A stretch of 64,000 bases of DNA from Chiloscyllium plagiosum (GCF_004010195.1 NC_057728.1:51072322-51136321); one strand, 5' to 3'. Shown: positions 36,929 to 49,327, counted from the stretch's first letter. The notes: a model not told the origin generated them from the letters alone. Numbers and translations: made by a program.

Positions 36929-37248
36929 GTGGTGGCACGGTGACACAGTGGTTAGCACTGCTGCCTCACAGCGCCAGAGACCCGGGTTCAATTCCCACCT
37001 CAGGCGACTGACTGTGTGGAGTTTGCACATTCTCCCCGTGTCTGCGTGGGTTTCCTCCGGGTGCTCCGGTTTCCTCCTACAGTCCAAAGAATGTGCAGGG
37101 TCAGGTGAATTGGCCATGCTAAATTGCCCATAGTGTTAGGTGAAGGGGTAAATGGAGGGGAATGAGTCTGGGTGGGTTGCTGTTCGGAGGGTCAGTGTGG
37201 ACTTGTTAGGCCAAAGGGCCTGTTTCCACACTGTAAGTAAACTAATCT
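36929..37248 (+). mobile_element. HE1-type SINE, full length
   Basis: GGTGGCACGGTGACACAGTGGTTAGCACTGCTGCCTCACAGCG...CCACACTGTAAGTAA. Confidence 0.92.
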
Positions 37249-37403
37249 TGTATATTTCAGTGAAACTTCAGAGAGTACAGGTGCAATTTACTCAGCCCTC
37301 ATTTGGGATAACTCAGTCTTCCTAAGGATAAACCACTGCCCCTTTGACCCCTTTGTCCCTGTAAGGTGAGTGCATTTTTCCTTGGGAACAGAAACAAAAT
37401 TCC

Positions 37404-37559
37404 AGAGTGTGGTGCTGGAAAAGCACAGCAAGTCAGGCAGCATCCAAGGAGAGAAATATCGATTCTCCTGCTTCTCAGATGCTGCCTGACCTGCTGTGAT
37501 TTTCCAGCACCACACTCTCGACTCTGATCTCCAGCATCTGCAGTGCCCACTTTCTCCTA
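37404..37559. mobile_element. Penelope-like terminal repeat, family A, foldback
   Basis: Inverted AGAGTGTGGTGCTGGAAAA / TTTTCCAGCACCACACTCT arms, with an AGAAACAAAA direct repeat on both flanks. Confidence 0.8.
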
Positions 37560-37784
37560 ATAGAAACAAAACTGTATACAATGCCCAGGTCTTGCTCAAA
37601 CCCTGAACAACTGCAGTAAGAGTTCCTTACTCTCATCCGCCAGCCCCCTGGTAATGTAGGTCAGCACTTGGCCAAGTTCCCTTCTGTAACTGGTTGTACT
37701 TTCACTGCGAAGACATCCATGTCCCTCTGAAAGATCACCATTTCATCTCACCGTTTCAAAGTTGTTTTGTTTTTGTGTCCCTGT

Positions 37785-38110
37785 GGGCGGCACGGTGCCA
37801 CAGTGATTAGCACTGCTGCCTCACAGCGCCAGAGACCCGGGTTCATTTCCCACCTCAGGCGACTGACTGTGTGGAGTTTGCACGTTCTCCCCGTGTCTGC
37901 GTGGGTTTCCTCCGGGTGCTCTGGTTTCCTCCCACAATCCAAAAGATGTGCAGGTCAGGTGAATTGGCCATGCTAAACTGCCCGTAGTGTTAGGTAAGGG
38001 GTAAATGTAGGGGTATGGGTGGGTTGCGCTTTGGCGGGGCAGTGTGGACTTGTTGGGCCGAAGGGCCTGTTTCCACACTGTAAGTAATCTAATCTAATCT
38101 AATCTAATCT
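37785..38110 (+). mobile_element. HE1-type SINE, full length, young
   Basis: Intact head, V-domain and (AATCT)5 tail. Confidence 0.93.
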
Positions 38111-39936
38111 GTCGAAGTCGGGTCCCCACATTGTATTCCACCTGTCATTTTTCCTTCACACGTAGGCAACCTATCCACAATCCCTTTATAGACTATTTGT
38201 AGCAGAAATTAATGCTTGGCCTTGAGCTGGGTCTGGTGGCATTTCACCTTGTTGGGATTTTGCTGCCTTCCCACTCCTAGTGAGGTCTGTGCTGGGAAGG
38301 TTTGGTGGAGTGTTACGAGCAGTTGACATTCGCTCTGCAATGGTGCGACTTAACAATGAACAGATGCCAGTTGTTCATAGTCTGGCAGTTCTCGAGGATG
38401 GGATTTCTGCCCCCATCGTCCTTGAACTGCTGAAAGTTAAATGCCTGGGTGGTACTTAGCTTGAGCCTGCCCAAAAATGGGAAACACAGGGCTGCTACCA
38501 ACCTCCCACGTTAAATATCAACCTTTGTGTCTTTCTCATGGCTTCCTTTATCACCCAGCTTCATTCTTTGTCTGCTTGTCTGAATGAGAATTACAAGAAT
38601 GTGCTTTACTGTCTCATGCATTCACGTGGGTACCATGAAAAGTTTATAAGTCGCCACATACGGCACCATCTTTGGTATCTAGATACAGGTTCTTAAGCAC
38701 AAATGATTAGGGAAAATGATACATCTCAATTGTAAAACAAAAAAAAACTACCCCAGCAGGGAAGGAAGGATCCAGCATCACTTGGAATATATCTCCTGCC
38801 TCCACTCTTTTCCTGTAGCACTACCATTTCTTTATGCATGCTTAATTATCTACACAATGCACTCTCTCCATCTGTATATATATTAATGCAGTTAATCTAC
38901 TCGTCCCTGACTCCATCAGCAGCAGCTTGCCAACCTGAAACTGTTCATTTATTCCTCTTTTCTGTTTCTTGTCCTTCACCTAGTCCATTATGATTCTGTT
39001 CTCTAACCCCAAACCCATAAGCCCTGAGATAATACTGCCACTGTATTGAATGCAGTTTGAAAACCCTAAAATATCATGCTTTCTGGTTCCCATTCATGTA
39101 CTCTGCTAGTTAAATCCTCAAATCCTGGAGTAGATTTGTTAGTTATGATTTTCCTTTTGTAAAACCATTCAACTCTCCCTAATCAGTTTCAGCTGTTCTA
39201 AGTCCCCAGTGGCCAACTGCATAATAAGGGATTCCAATATATTTCATTCATTGACGTCAGGCTGATTAGCTTGTAGTCCCCATACAATTTTGGTTCCCTT
39301 GTTTATTGTGGGAGGACTGTGTGTAACACTTTCTGTCAATCCAGTTCTCAGGGGCTCTCTGTGCAGTGGTAGTGTCTGGGCCAGTGGGTACAGGTTCAAG
39401 TCCTACCTGCACTGGAGGTGTGTCATAACGTGTCCAAGCAGATTATTTAAAAATAATTTAATGCAATTCTCTGTCCATCTACTGCTGCTTAAATCAACTT
39501 AATCTCTTTGCAGTCTGGTCACATAATTGGTTAATTTTAGCACTCAGTCAGGTGCTTTTATTTAAGCATGCACTAGAATGAAATTAAAGTTTTTTTTCCG
39601 GTTTTCTGTTTATGTGGGTCAGCTGCTAAAACAGTGAGACATTTCTGCTGTTTGCTGCGGTTTTTTTAATGTTTTCCCTTGCTGCAAATGATGTATGGCA
39701 CAGTATAAAGGGTTTTGTTATTGATGAAGACACTTGGCCTGAATTACTGCAGTTCTCTGGTTATCACGCACCAGGGATGTATCCTTCCTTTGCAAGGCCA
39801 GTAGTATTTCTTTTTGATTATCCTTTCCAATAAATTTTCTCTAAATACATGAGAACAGGGCAAGCTATGAAACTTACTCCACTGGCAGAGCACAGCAAGC
39901 TTGGTGTTTTGCACAGTCCACATTGATTTTTTTGTC

Positions 39937-40308
39937 AAGATTAGAGTGGTGCTGGAAAAGCACAGCAGGTCAGGCAGCATCAGAGGAGCAGGAAAATCGA
40001 TGTTTTGAGCAAAAGCCCTTCATCAGGAATTAGCATTAGAATCTGTCCATTCTGAATAATGGTTGGGTGGCTGGGACTGATATGGAAGAGACATGTGGAG
40101 TAAGATGTGGGGTGGAGTGATCATGGAGAATGACCTCTGAAATGGTCTAGCAAGCTCACTCAGTTGCATCAAGCATTCCTGATGAAGGGCTTTTGCCCGA
40201 AACGTCAATTTTCCTGCTCCTCGGATGCTGCCTGATCTGCTGTGCTTTTCCAGCACCACTCTAATCTTGCCTCTGATCTCCAACATCTGCAATCCTCACT
40301 TTCACCTA
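39937..40308. mobile_element. Penelope-like foldback insertion whose loop holds a captured 134 bp host segment
   Basis: Arms 39937-40030 and 40175-40270 are inverted copies of each other. The loop 40041-40174 is the reverse complement of 40441-40574. Confidence 0.88.
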
Positions 40309-40574
40309 ATTGTGTTTTTTTGCTCATTGCCAGGTTGTGGGCATTGCTGGCTGGGTCAGTTTTTACTGCCCACCTCTAACTGCCCCAGAGAAGGTGGTAA
40401 CTCCCAGCCTTACACCACTGCACACCATTTTTCAGCAGTGGCTTGATGCAACTGAGTGAGCTTGCTAGACCATTTCAGAGGTCATTCTCCATGATCACTC
40501 CACCCCACATCTTACTCCACATGTCTCTTCCACATCAGTCCCAGCCACCCAACCATTATTCAGAATGGACAGAT
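40041..40574. repeat. Inverted duplication, 134 bp arms (40041-40174 / 40441-40574)
   Basis: Base-by-base comparison gives one mismatch (CATA vs CACA). Confidence 0.95.
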
Positions 40575-40621
40575 CTTAGAATGTCTTTGGAATGGACATT
40601 GATAAACTGATAATCTTATAG

Positions 40622-40938
40622 AGCAGAAAATGTGTTGCTGAAAAAGCACAGCAGGTCAGGCAGCATCCAAGGAGCAGGAGAATCGACGTTTCGGGCATGA
40701 GCCCTTCTTCAGGAATGAGGAAAGTGTGCCAAGCAGGCTAAGATAAAAGGTAGGGAGGAGGGACTTGGGGGAGGGGTGTTGGAAATGCGATAGGTGGGTG
40801 CAGTGAGAGAGGGACTCACTGAAATCCTTGTAGAGGGAGGAAGAGAGCTTCTTCAAGGAAGGCATCCTTGTAAGAGAATTCGCAGTAGGTTAAAATCTTC
40901 TAGGAGAAAGTGAGGACTGCAGATGCTGGAGATCAGAG
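40622..40938 (-). mobile_element. Penelope-like fragment, family A (terminal repeat plus adjacent internal sequence)
   Basis: AAAATGTGTTGCTG...GACGTTTCGGGCATGAGCCCTTCTTCAGGAATGAGG...GGAGAAAGTGAGGACTGCAGATGCTGGAGATCAGAG. Confidence 0.78.
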
Positions 40939-42009
40939 CACTCATTCAAACAGCAACACGCCTTCAAATTGACCATTGAAAAACATTTGAACCTTAACTG
41001 GTCTGTCTTCAATAGCAACAGATAAATATCTATTTCTCTGAACATTTCAAAACAGCTAATCCTTTAATAAAACAGGAAATAAAACTCAGGTTAAGAGTCA
41101 GCCACATCACGGTGGGTCTGAGTCACATTAAGGCCAGACTGGGTAAGGATGGCAGATTTCCTTCCCTAAAAGACAAGAGTGAACCAGATGGGTTTCCACA
41201 AATTTCAAGATCATTATTACTGAGATTTAAAATCTTGAGGATATGGCATTAGCCAGTGATTCAAACAACTGGCCTCATAGTGGAGATACAGTACACCACT
41301 CTTAGATGGTACCAGGATTTTAATCCAGGCGATACAGTTCCAAGTCCAAATGATGTATTGCTGGGAGGAGAAGACCTTGTAGCTGGAGTTGAGTTGATAT
41401 TAAAATGGCTTTAAGAATAAGTTTGGGATTGAAATGATGAAGCAGCACAGTTTCTGATTTCCGAAAAGTGTCTTAGAATGACACACTCTTGTTTAAACTA
41501 ACACTCACCCTTGCTCCTTTACTTGTGCACACGCTCTGTCACTCAAACTGATCAGTAGGGTCTGATTTTCCTGGAGGAAGTGGGCAGATCAAGTCAGGAC
41601 AGCAGACCTGTTTCCTCAAAAGATGCCTTACCTTTTGTATTTTCCTTCCAGGGAAGGAGAGAGTCAGGATGGAGGTGGACCCTCCCCCCCTCCAACCCCA
41701 TCCTCCAAAGACAGGACCATGATGGCAAGGAGAGTAGGCCTAGACTGTCTATCTCCACCGCCTGGAATATTAGTGTTCGATGTCAGGGTCTGTCACTCTG
41801 CACAATCGCTCCACCCCACCACTTATTCCACACGCCTCTTCCGTGTATCCATCCCAGCTACCCACCCATTATCCACAATGGACAGACCTTAGAATGTCTT
41901 TGGAATGGACATTGTTCACCACTCATTGAAACAGCAACATGCCTTCGAAATGACCATTGAAAATCATTTAAACCTGAAGTGATCTCTTTTCAGTAGCAGC
42001 AAATGAATA

Positions 42010-42183
42010 CAGAGGAACCTCGATTATCTGGCATTTGATTATCCAAATTTCGGATTATCTGGTAAGATCACAAGGTCCCGATGCTTGGCTAAACTATGTT
42101 ATCTGGCATTCGATTATTTGGAATTCGATTAATTGAACAAAGTACTGTCTGCCCACATCCTTCAGATAATCGAGGTTCCTTTG
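42010..42183. mobile_element. Tc1/mariner (Tigger/pogo-like) MITE with TA target-site duplication
   Basis: TA|CAGAGGAACCTCGATTATC...GATAATCGAGGTTCCTTTG|TA. The paralogous site near 41027 is empty. Confidence 0.88.
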
Positions 42184-43873
42184 TACCTATTTCTCTAAAC
42201 ATTTCAAAACAGCTGATCCTTTAATAATCTCTTTAAATTGTCCGTCAAATAGTTGAGCTGAGATGAGTAGTTCTTGAGTATTTGAGACTCAGCTCAGCAT
42301 TTATAACAGGCTCAGTTGTCATAATGACCCATTCCAACTCATAGATAATGAAGCCTGTTTGAAATTTTAAAACAAAATGGTTTTTCTCTTTTCTAAATTA
42401 CACCAAGTGACCTGTTAATCATTGTTCTAGAAGCAGGTGTCTGTTTTTATTTCTCAGACTGAAAGCTGCTGAAGTTTTATTTTTCATTTTTAAAGGGTTG
42501 GGGATAGAAATCACATCATTCAGAAATTCCAAATAATGATCCCTTGACCATATATGACCACTGGGAATTGTCCTCTAATGTACCTCAGTACTTACAGAAT
42601 GCCGGTGGATGTCATGATCACTACACTCTTCAGACCGAGCCTTATAATCAACTCATTTCCAAGGAAGCGTCACTGGACGCAAGATGTTAACTCTGATTTC
42701 TCTCCATAGATGCTGCCAGACCTGCTGAGCTTTTCTAGCAATTTCTGTCTTTGTCCCTGTAACCCAGCACAACAGTAAAAATACCTTATAATATTTCATT
42801 AAAATATTCAAATTGAAAGGTTCCTGGGTACATGAATAGGAAGGGTTTAAAGGGACATGGGCTAAATACTGGCAAATGGGACTCGATTAATTTAGATATC
42901 TGGTCAGCGTGGACAAATTAGAAGGAAAGGTCTGTTTCTGTGACTCTATAAACCAATTCTTTTTTGTATTTCAAAGCCTGTCAATGAAAGAATTCTAGGA
43001 ACAGTTGGTGGTTTGTTTTTTTTCTCCTCATTCCCCACATGGGGGCTACCCCATGATTCATGGCTCCTCTCAGGTGCTGTGAGCCACGTATACTTAACCC
43101 CCTACGCCCTCCAAATTGCAGTGAGGGAAGGGGTATCTGGCATAGCATGTCCCACTCTGACAAGAACAGCTCTATAACTGGAGAGGTGCCTGTGGATGGG
43201 CAACACCCATTCTTATCCTGTAGCAGCAGAATGGGAATCCCAGAACCACATCCTGCCTGTCATTTGTAAAGGACTGCTGAGTCAGGTGAACATCTGACCG
43301 TGCTGTTTCAGTCTTACATTTTCCTGTTTTATTTTCTGCCTCTTTCCTGCTCTCTTACTGTTCATTGTTCACGCTGTTTTAACTATGTTTTGTAGTTTTT
43401 CTCTCTCACCCTCTGTATTTCTGTCTACTCGTGTTCCTCTCTTTCTTTTAAATGTAATTTTCCCTCTGCTTCTGGTTTATTCTCTTTCTTTTGCAACAGA
43501 AGTTTTGCTCTTGCTTTATTCTATCTTTTTTGCTCAGATTAAAGCTTCAAACCAATACCATGGTGACCTTCCCTCTAACGTAGATGGACATCAGCAGTGG
43601 GACAGTGCTTGGGAAACGTGGATGAAGGAGGCAGTGAGGTGGAACAAGCTGTGCCCCATAGTCAGTGACATAGAAACACTGAAACATAGAAAATAGGAGC
43701 AGGAGTAGGCCATTCCGCCCTTTGAGCCTACTATGCAGTTTGGAATGATCAAGGTTGATCATCCAACTCAATATCCTGTTCCCAATTTCTCCCCGTGTCC
43801 TTTCATCCCTTTGGCCACAAGGACTATATCTAACTCGTTCTTGAAAACATGCAATGTTTTAGCCTCAATCACT

Positions 43874-44190
43874 GGGGCAGCACGGTGGCTCAGTGGTTAG
43901 CACTGCTGCCTCACAGCACCAGGGACCGAGTTCAATCCCAGTCTTGGGTGACTGTCTGTGTGAGGGTTTGTACATTCTCCCCATGTCTGCATTGATTTCC
44001 TTTGGGTGCTCTGGTTTCCTCCCACATTCTAAAGATGTGCAGATCAGGTGAATTGGCCATGCTAAATTGCCCATAGTGTTAGGTGCGTTAGTCAGAGGGA
44101 AGTGAGTCTGGGCGGGTTACTTTTCGGAGGGTCAATGTGGACTTGTTGGGGTGAAGGGCCTGTTCCTACACTGTAGGGAATCAAATCTAA
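43874..44190 (+). mobile_element. HE1-type SINE inserted into an antisense CR1 3' end (~43670-44260)
   Basis: Full head GGGGCAGCACGGTGGCTCAGTGGTTAGCAC through to the tail; CR1 3' sequence continues on both sides. Confidence 0.9.
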
Positions 44191-45289
44191 CACTTTCTGC
44201 AGCAGAGAATTCCCCAGGCTCACAATTCTCTGGTGAAGAAATTTCTTCTCATCTCAATCCTGCTGATCACTCGTCATCTCAGATATGATCATCACCGAGG
44301 GATTTACAATGAGGTTTAGCCCTGACATGTAATAAAGAATCAAATCAAATTAACAGATTAAAACTGGGTGTGATTGCTGGGGAAGTTTTTACTTTTGAAA
44401 ATGTAAACTTTCACAGTGGTCTGCCTATTTCAGAGAATCATGGTTTAAGTGTTTAATTTGTAGAACATTGCTGGTGGACCACAGCCATACATCAGTTTGA
44501 TATTTGCTGTTTGTCATTTTTAGATTGTCTCAGGCTTCATAAATATTGCATATAAATGTGACCCAAATGCATTTCCAAGCAGGTTTCCTCAGATTCACTT
44601 CAAATAATCCGAATAAATAGGACACCAGTTAAGGGGAATGATCATCATCATAGTTAAAACGTAAATCCTGGGGCTAGACTTCTGTTTCTGTTTCTCGGGA
44701 GGAATCATGCACTGGGGACCCACACACCCGGCTGATAAGGAGCAACGTTACATGGCTGCCTTTGTCCACCTCCTGCTGGAGGGCAGGCTACAGAGGCTGG
44801 GGAGAAAATAGAAGGTCGTCGATTCTGCTGTAACACGTGTTTCTTCAACATGAATTGGTTTTCAGCCGATTGAAGAATTTAGACTGTTATTTGCGGAGCG
44901 CAAACCTTCCTTACCTGTATTGGCTATAATTAGATTCCAGTCCCATCAGATGGCATGGTTATTGCGCAATTTTCTTCCAATGCGAGATTGCACAAGAACA
45001 GAAGTATATGTTAAATCTGAACTGGCAGTATGCTGTCTGGAGTGGGAGTTGCCATATACGCAGGAGAGAGGGAGCATGTCTCGGGGTGGGGGGGGAGTTT
45101 ATACAAATCACCCGAACAGTCAAGCTGTCATCGTGGAGGGGAAGCCCCCTCCAGTCGATGGCCACTGCAGCTGAAGGGTGGGAGAAGGCTGCCTCCTGGA
45201 CTCTACACTCTCACCATTGTCAAACACCCGCTGTATTTTGACCTCAGCAAGGCCCTGTCTGCAGAGGAGCTGTAGTAGGGCAGGTAGAC

Positions 45290-45326
45290 ATTCCTGAAGA
45301 AGGGCTTATGCCCGAAACGTCGATTC
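45290..45326 (+). ncRNA. Minimal type I hammerhead ribozyme motif of a Penelope-like terminal repeat (insertion 45292-45417)
   Basis: CTGAAGA (45294-45300), stem II GGGC-TTAT-GCCC, GAAA, palindromic ACGT stem III and a GTC cleavage triplet (45319-45321). The insertion has an 11 bp TSD, CAGGTAGACAT. Confidence 0.7.
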
Positions 45327-45854
45327 TCCTTTTCCTTGGATGATGCCTGACCTGCTGCGCTTTTCCAGTAACACATTTTCAGCTCTGATCTCCAGCATCT
45401 GCAGTCCTCACTTTCTCCAGGTAGACATCACTGTCCTGTCCACTCCCCCAATTCCCTGCATGAAAATTGCCTCAAGATGGGACACTGACTGACACGCAGG
45501 TTGGGGCAGAGGGAGGACTCAGTGCCATCATTCCTTCCTTCACTGTCAAATGCAAATCCTGCCCCTGTGTTATTTTGAGAGTGATATGGTTTGTTTTTAT
45601 TCGCCTGTGGAAGGTGGGCATCGCTGGCTGGTCAGCACTGATTGCCCGACCCTAACCGCCCCTGAGAAGGTGATGGTTAGCTGCCTTCTTGAACAGCCCC
45701 AGTCCTTGTGCTTTGGGTTGACTCTCAATGTCTCCTGTTACCTGATTACTCTCGCTTCCTAGAACCAGAATGTGTTTGTCATCATGAGGGACTTTGGAGT
45801 CTTGTTGTGTAGCCGTCTGGGCTAAAACAGCCTGATTCGTTTTCAGAATAGGAA

Positions 45855-45990
45855 AGTGTGGTGCTGGAAAAGCACAGCAGGTCAGGCAGCATCCGAGGAG
45901 CAGGAGACGTTTCGGGCATAAGCCCTTCATCAGCTTTTCCAGCACCATACTTTCTGACTCTGATCTCCAGCATCTGCAGTCCTCACGTTC
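45855..45990. mobile_element. Penelope-like terminal repeat, family A, foldback
   Basis: GTGTGGTGCTGGAAAAGC...GCTTTTCCAGCACCATAC arms, with a CCTGATTC(G/T)TTTT flanking repeat. Confidence 0.78.
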
Positions 45991-46474
45991 TCCTGATTCT
46001 TTTTTCAACTCTAGTACGGCCAGGGGAAGCAGATTAAAAGCAGATGGCAGAGGTGAAAGGACAGTTTCAGACCTTATCCTTCTGACGGAGCAATGTGAAT
46101 TATATCACTGCATTTCTCATCATATTGAGCCTAGATAAAATCTTACGCCACATGTCTTTAATAAACCCCTTCATCACTCTAAGCTTTCTTCCCTTGTCAT
46201 CACCCGAAGAAAATATTCCCTCCACCATCATTCCTCAGTAGCAGGAGTGTGCATCATCTACAATATACACTACAGATATTCACCAAGGCTCCTTAGACAG
46301 CACCTTCCAAACCAACCTCTATCTTGCAGTTACCTGTAACAAGTGCATGGGAACACCACCCTCTGCCATTTGTACCTGCAATTCCTTTCTCTATGCCACA
46401 AGGACTGCAGTGGCTCAGGAAGTTGCCTCACTATCACCACATAGTTAGCAATAAATTTTAGTGTATCCATCCAA

Positions 46475-46720
46475 TTTAAAGGGGACCTAAGGGGCACCTT
46501 TTTCACACAGAGGGTTGTGCATGTATGGAATGAGCTGCCAAGGAAGTGGAGGCTGATACAATTACAGCATTTAAAAGGCATCTGGATGGGTATATGGATA
46601 GGAAGGGTTTGGAGGGATACGGGCCAAGTGCTGGCAAATGGGACTAGATTAAGTTACGACATCTGGTTGGCGTGGACGATTTGGACTGAAGTGTCTGTTT
46701 CCGTGCTGTACATCTCTGAC
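46475..46720 (+). mobile_element. CR1/HER1 3' end
   Basis: FKGDLRGTFFTQRVVHVWNELP, and the tail GGACTGAAGTGTCTGTTTCCGTGCTGTACATCTCTGAC. Confidence 0.85.
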
Positions 46721-47937
46721 TGTATGCTCAGTCACACAGCAGACCCCACTCACTGGTTTGAGCATTAACTCACTCCCAGGCCCCTTAGCCAGCATCTGAC
46801 ACACCCACGACTTCCACCAACCAGAACGGTACAAGTAGCAGATATGTGGCGCATCTGCAGGTTTCTCTCCAAGCCATTCACCATCCTGACTTCATAACAT
46901 AATACCATTCCTTCAGTGTCGCTGGGTCAAAATCCTGGAACTCTCTCCTGTATGGAACCCCCATGGATGTATCTAACCCTGTGGACTTGAGAGGGTCAGG
47001 AAGAGGGTCCTTGATCACCTTCTAAAGAGGTAACTAGAATGACAAGAAAGAAACACCTTTAAGGCTTCCTGACCAAGTAGTGAGGAGGGACAGGGTGATG
47101 TTGTGCCGCAGTCTGAGGGCCCCAAATCCCTAACGTGCTCCTTCAGGTTTTGTGCCATCATGCTGATTAATTGTCCACATTTTGATTCCAAGCAGCAACT
47201 TGTGGTAAGCATTAATCGGCTGATTTTCTGAATAGCAACACTTAAGATAGGATTCATTATATTTAAATTCAAGGAGCGAGAGAAAGATTCATCTGTATCC
47301 CATTCTGTAGATTGGTAGGGAGAAGATTTTGAACATTGGTAGTGAACGTAGCTTCACAAAGAAGAGAATAAATTTTATAGAAGTATTGCAATTTCACACG
47401 CAATAGAAACTGACAGGTTTGGTATAGCTGGATAATTGTTTAGAATCAGTAGAGATATTTGTGACTGAAATGATGTTCAGCCTTGCTGGCAGAACCAGGT
47501 GAGTGATCCAATTGGCAGCTTCCTATCAGCTCTCTCGATGCTGATCCAGGGAAAAACTGTATAAAATCTCTCTTTACAAGCTCCATAAATTCCTGGGCTC
47601 TGTTTTTTTTTGTTGAACTATTTTTCTAATCCACCTGTTCGGAGATGTCATTCCACATTTCTGGAGCAGGTGGGATTTGAACCTGGGCCTCCTAGTTCAC
47701 GGATAGGGACATGACCAGCCCATCACAGGAGGGCCGTCTGGCTGTAAGAGTAATTTGTATCAGCAGCGGGTCTGCCTAACACACGAAGCAAAGTCTACCT
47801 TCGTCACAAGATGAAGTGTATTGTGGATGTGTGCGATCTGGTCTGGTTGAAGAATTTGAAGATGCAAGACAAAACCATTCCTCTGACACGTCACATCCTG
47901 TGCGTGGCCAGCTCATTTGTGATATTTTAAAAATTAA

Positions 47938-48250
47938 TTCACAGGAAGTGGGAATCACTGGCTAGATCAGCATTTATTGCCCATCTCTAATTGCCCAGAT
48001 GGCTGTTAAGAGTCAACCACATTGCTGTGGGTCTGGAGTCACATGTAGACCATTCCAGGTTAAGGATGGCAGTTTTCTATCCTAAAGGACTTTAGTGAGC
48101 TGAAGGGGTATTGCCCCAACACTTGGCAACAAATTCTAGATTTTGTTTTTAATTGCATTTCCATAGTGGGATTCAAACCCAGGTCCCAGAATATTACCAG
48201 GGCCTCTGGACTATTAGTCTAGTAATAATACTATTAGGCTATTGCCTCTC
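47938..48250 (-). mobile_element. Old tRNA-derived SINE (second family)
   Basis: CAGCATTTATTGCCCATCTCTAATTGCCC...GTTAAGAGTCAACCACATTGCTGTGGGTCTGGAGTCACATG...GTGGGATTCAAACCC. Confidence 0.78.
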
Positions 48251-48994
48251 CTATCCCTGGGACTGGTTGCTGGACACATACAGTAGTTTGAGGCAGAGTT
48301 CCCAATTCCCACATACTAGGGTCTGTGGGGAGGAGCTAGCAGAGGGACCCCTCCCTGACCAACCTGATGTGATTTTGCCATGGCGCACACATTCCTGTTG
48401 GCAATGTACTGCTCACCCAGAGGGAATGTGTGGCTCATGCAATCTGCGGGCTATTGTCCCAGTGACGATGGACACAGAATGAATAAAATCTTTCCCTTTG
48501 ATTGGAATTGCTGAGATTTTTATCCTCTGAATGTTTGTTTCAACACGGGAGACAGCTTAGACTGCTTGAGCATGAACCAGCTCCTGTGTTGAGTGGAGAG
48601 TTTACGGTAGGATTCTGCAGTCATGTGCTACCCATGACTTGTATCCAGTATCAGGGGTCAGGCAGGGTCTCCTGTTGAGATTTTTGAAGGGTCTATTGGA
48701 AATTGGAGGATCTAGTCTTGGGATCTCGGAGATACAGTTCTTGGTGTCTACTTTTGGGGGTGACTGGATGGGTTCATTGTTGAGACCCAGGAGGGACCAG
48801 AATTGGGGTCTGTAATAGAGAACAATATTTTACTGGTTTGTGCAGAAAACATTGGTCTTAAACTCTGAGACACTTTCATGACATCTCTACCTCACATTCC
48901 TCCTTTGAGACACTTTAAGTCCTAACATTTTAACCAAGCTCTTGGTCAATTGACCTACCATCTCCTTGGGCTCAGTGTCATATTTTCAAAGAAA

Positions 48995-49327
48995 AGAATC
49001 ATAGAATCCCTACAGTGTGGAAAAAAGGCCCTTCAGTCCAGCAGGTCCACACTGACCATCTGAAGAGTCAACCACCCAGACTACATTTACCCAGACTAAT
49101 GCACCTAATCTACACATCCCTGAACACTGTGCGCAATTTAGCATGGCCAATTCACCTAACCTGCATATCTTTGGATTGTGGGAGGAAACCGGAGCACCCG
49201 GAGGAAACCTGGGCAGACACGGAGAACGTGCAAACTCCTGACAGACAGTTGCCCGAGATGGGAATCGAACCTGGGTCCCTGGTGCTGTGAGGCAACAGTG
49301 CTAACCAGTCAGCCACCATGCCACCCC
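48995..49327 (-). mobile_element. HE1-type SINE, full length
   Basis: Antisense tail AGAATCATAGAATCCCTACAGTGTGG through to the head GCTAACCAGTCAGCCACCATGCCACCC. Confidence 0.9.

Larger units (their letters stand above)
40483..42228. repeat. Older direct duplication of ~260 bp unique sequence (copies ~40483-41069 and ~41798-42228), each copy carrying a different TE insertion
   Basis: Shared blocks CTCCACCCCAC...AATGGACAGA.CTTAGAATGTCTTTGGAATGGACATTG, CACTCATT.AAACAGCAACA.GCCTTC.AA.TGACCATTGAAAA and CTATTTCTCT.AACATTTCAAAACAGCT.ATCCTTTAATAA. Confidence 0.9.

Noticed and set aside
44914..45170. Minus-strand exon candidate with a good acceptor and a CAG|GTAAGG donor
   Set aside because: All three frames contain stops. 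It cannot be supported as coding, and there is no evidence for a non-coding exon.
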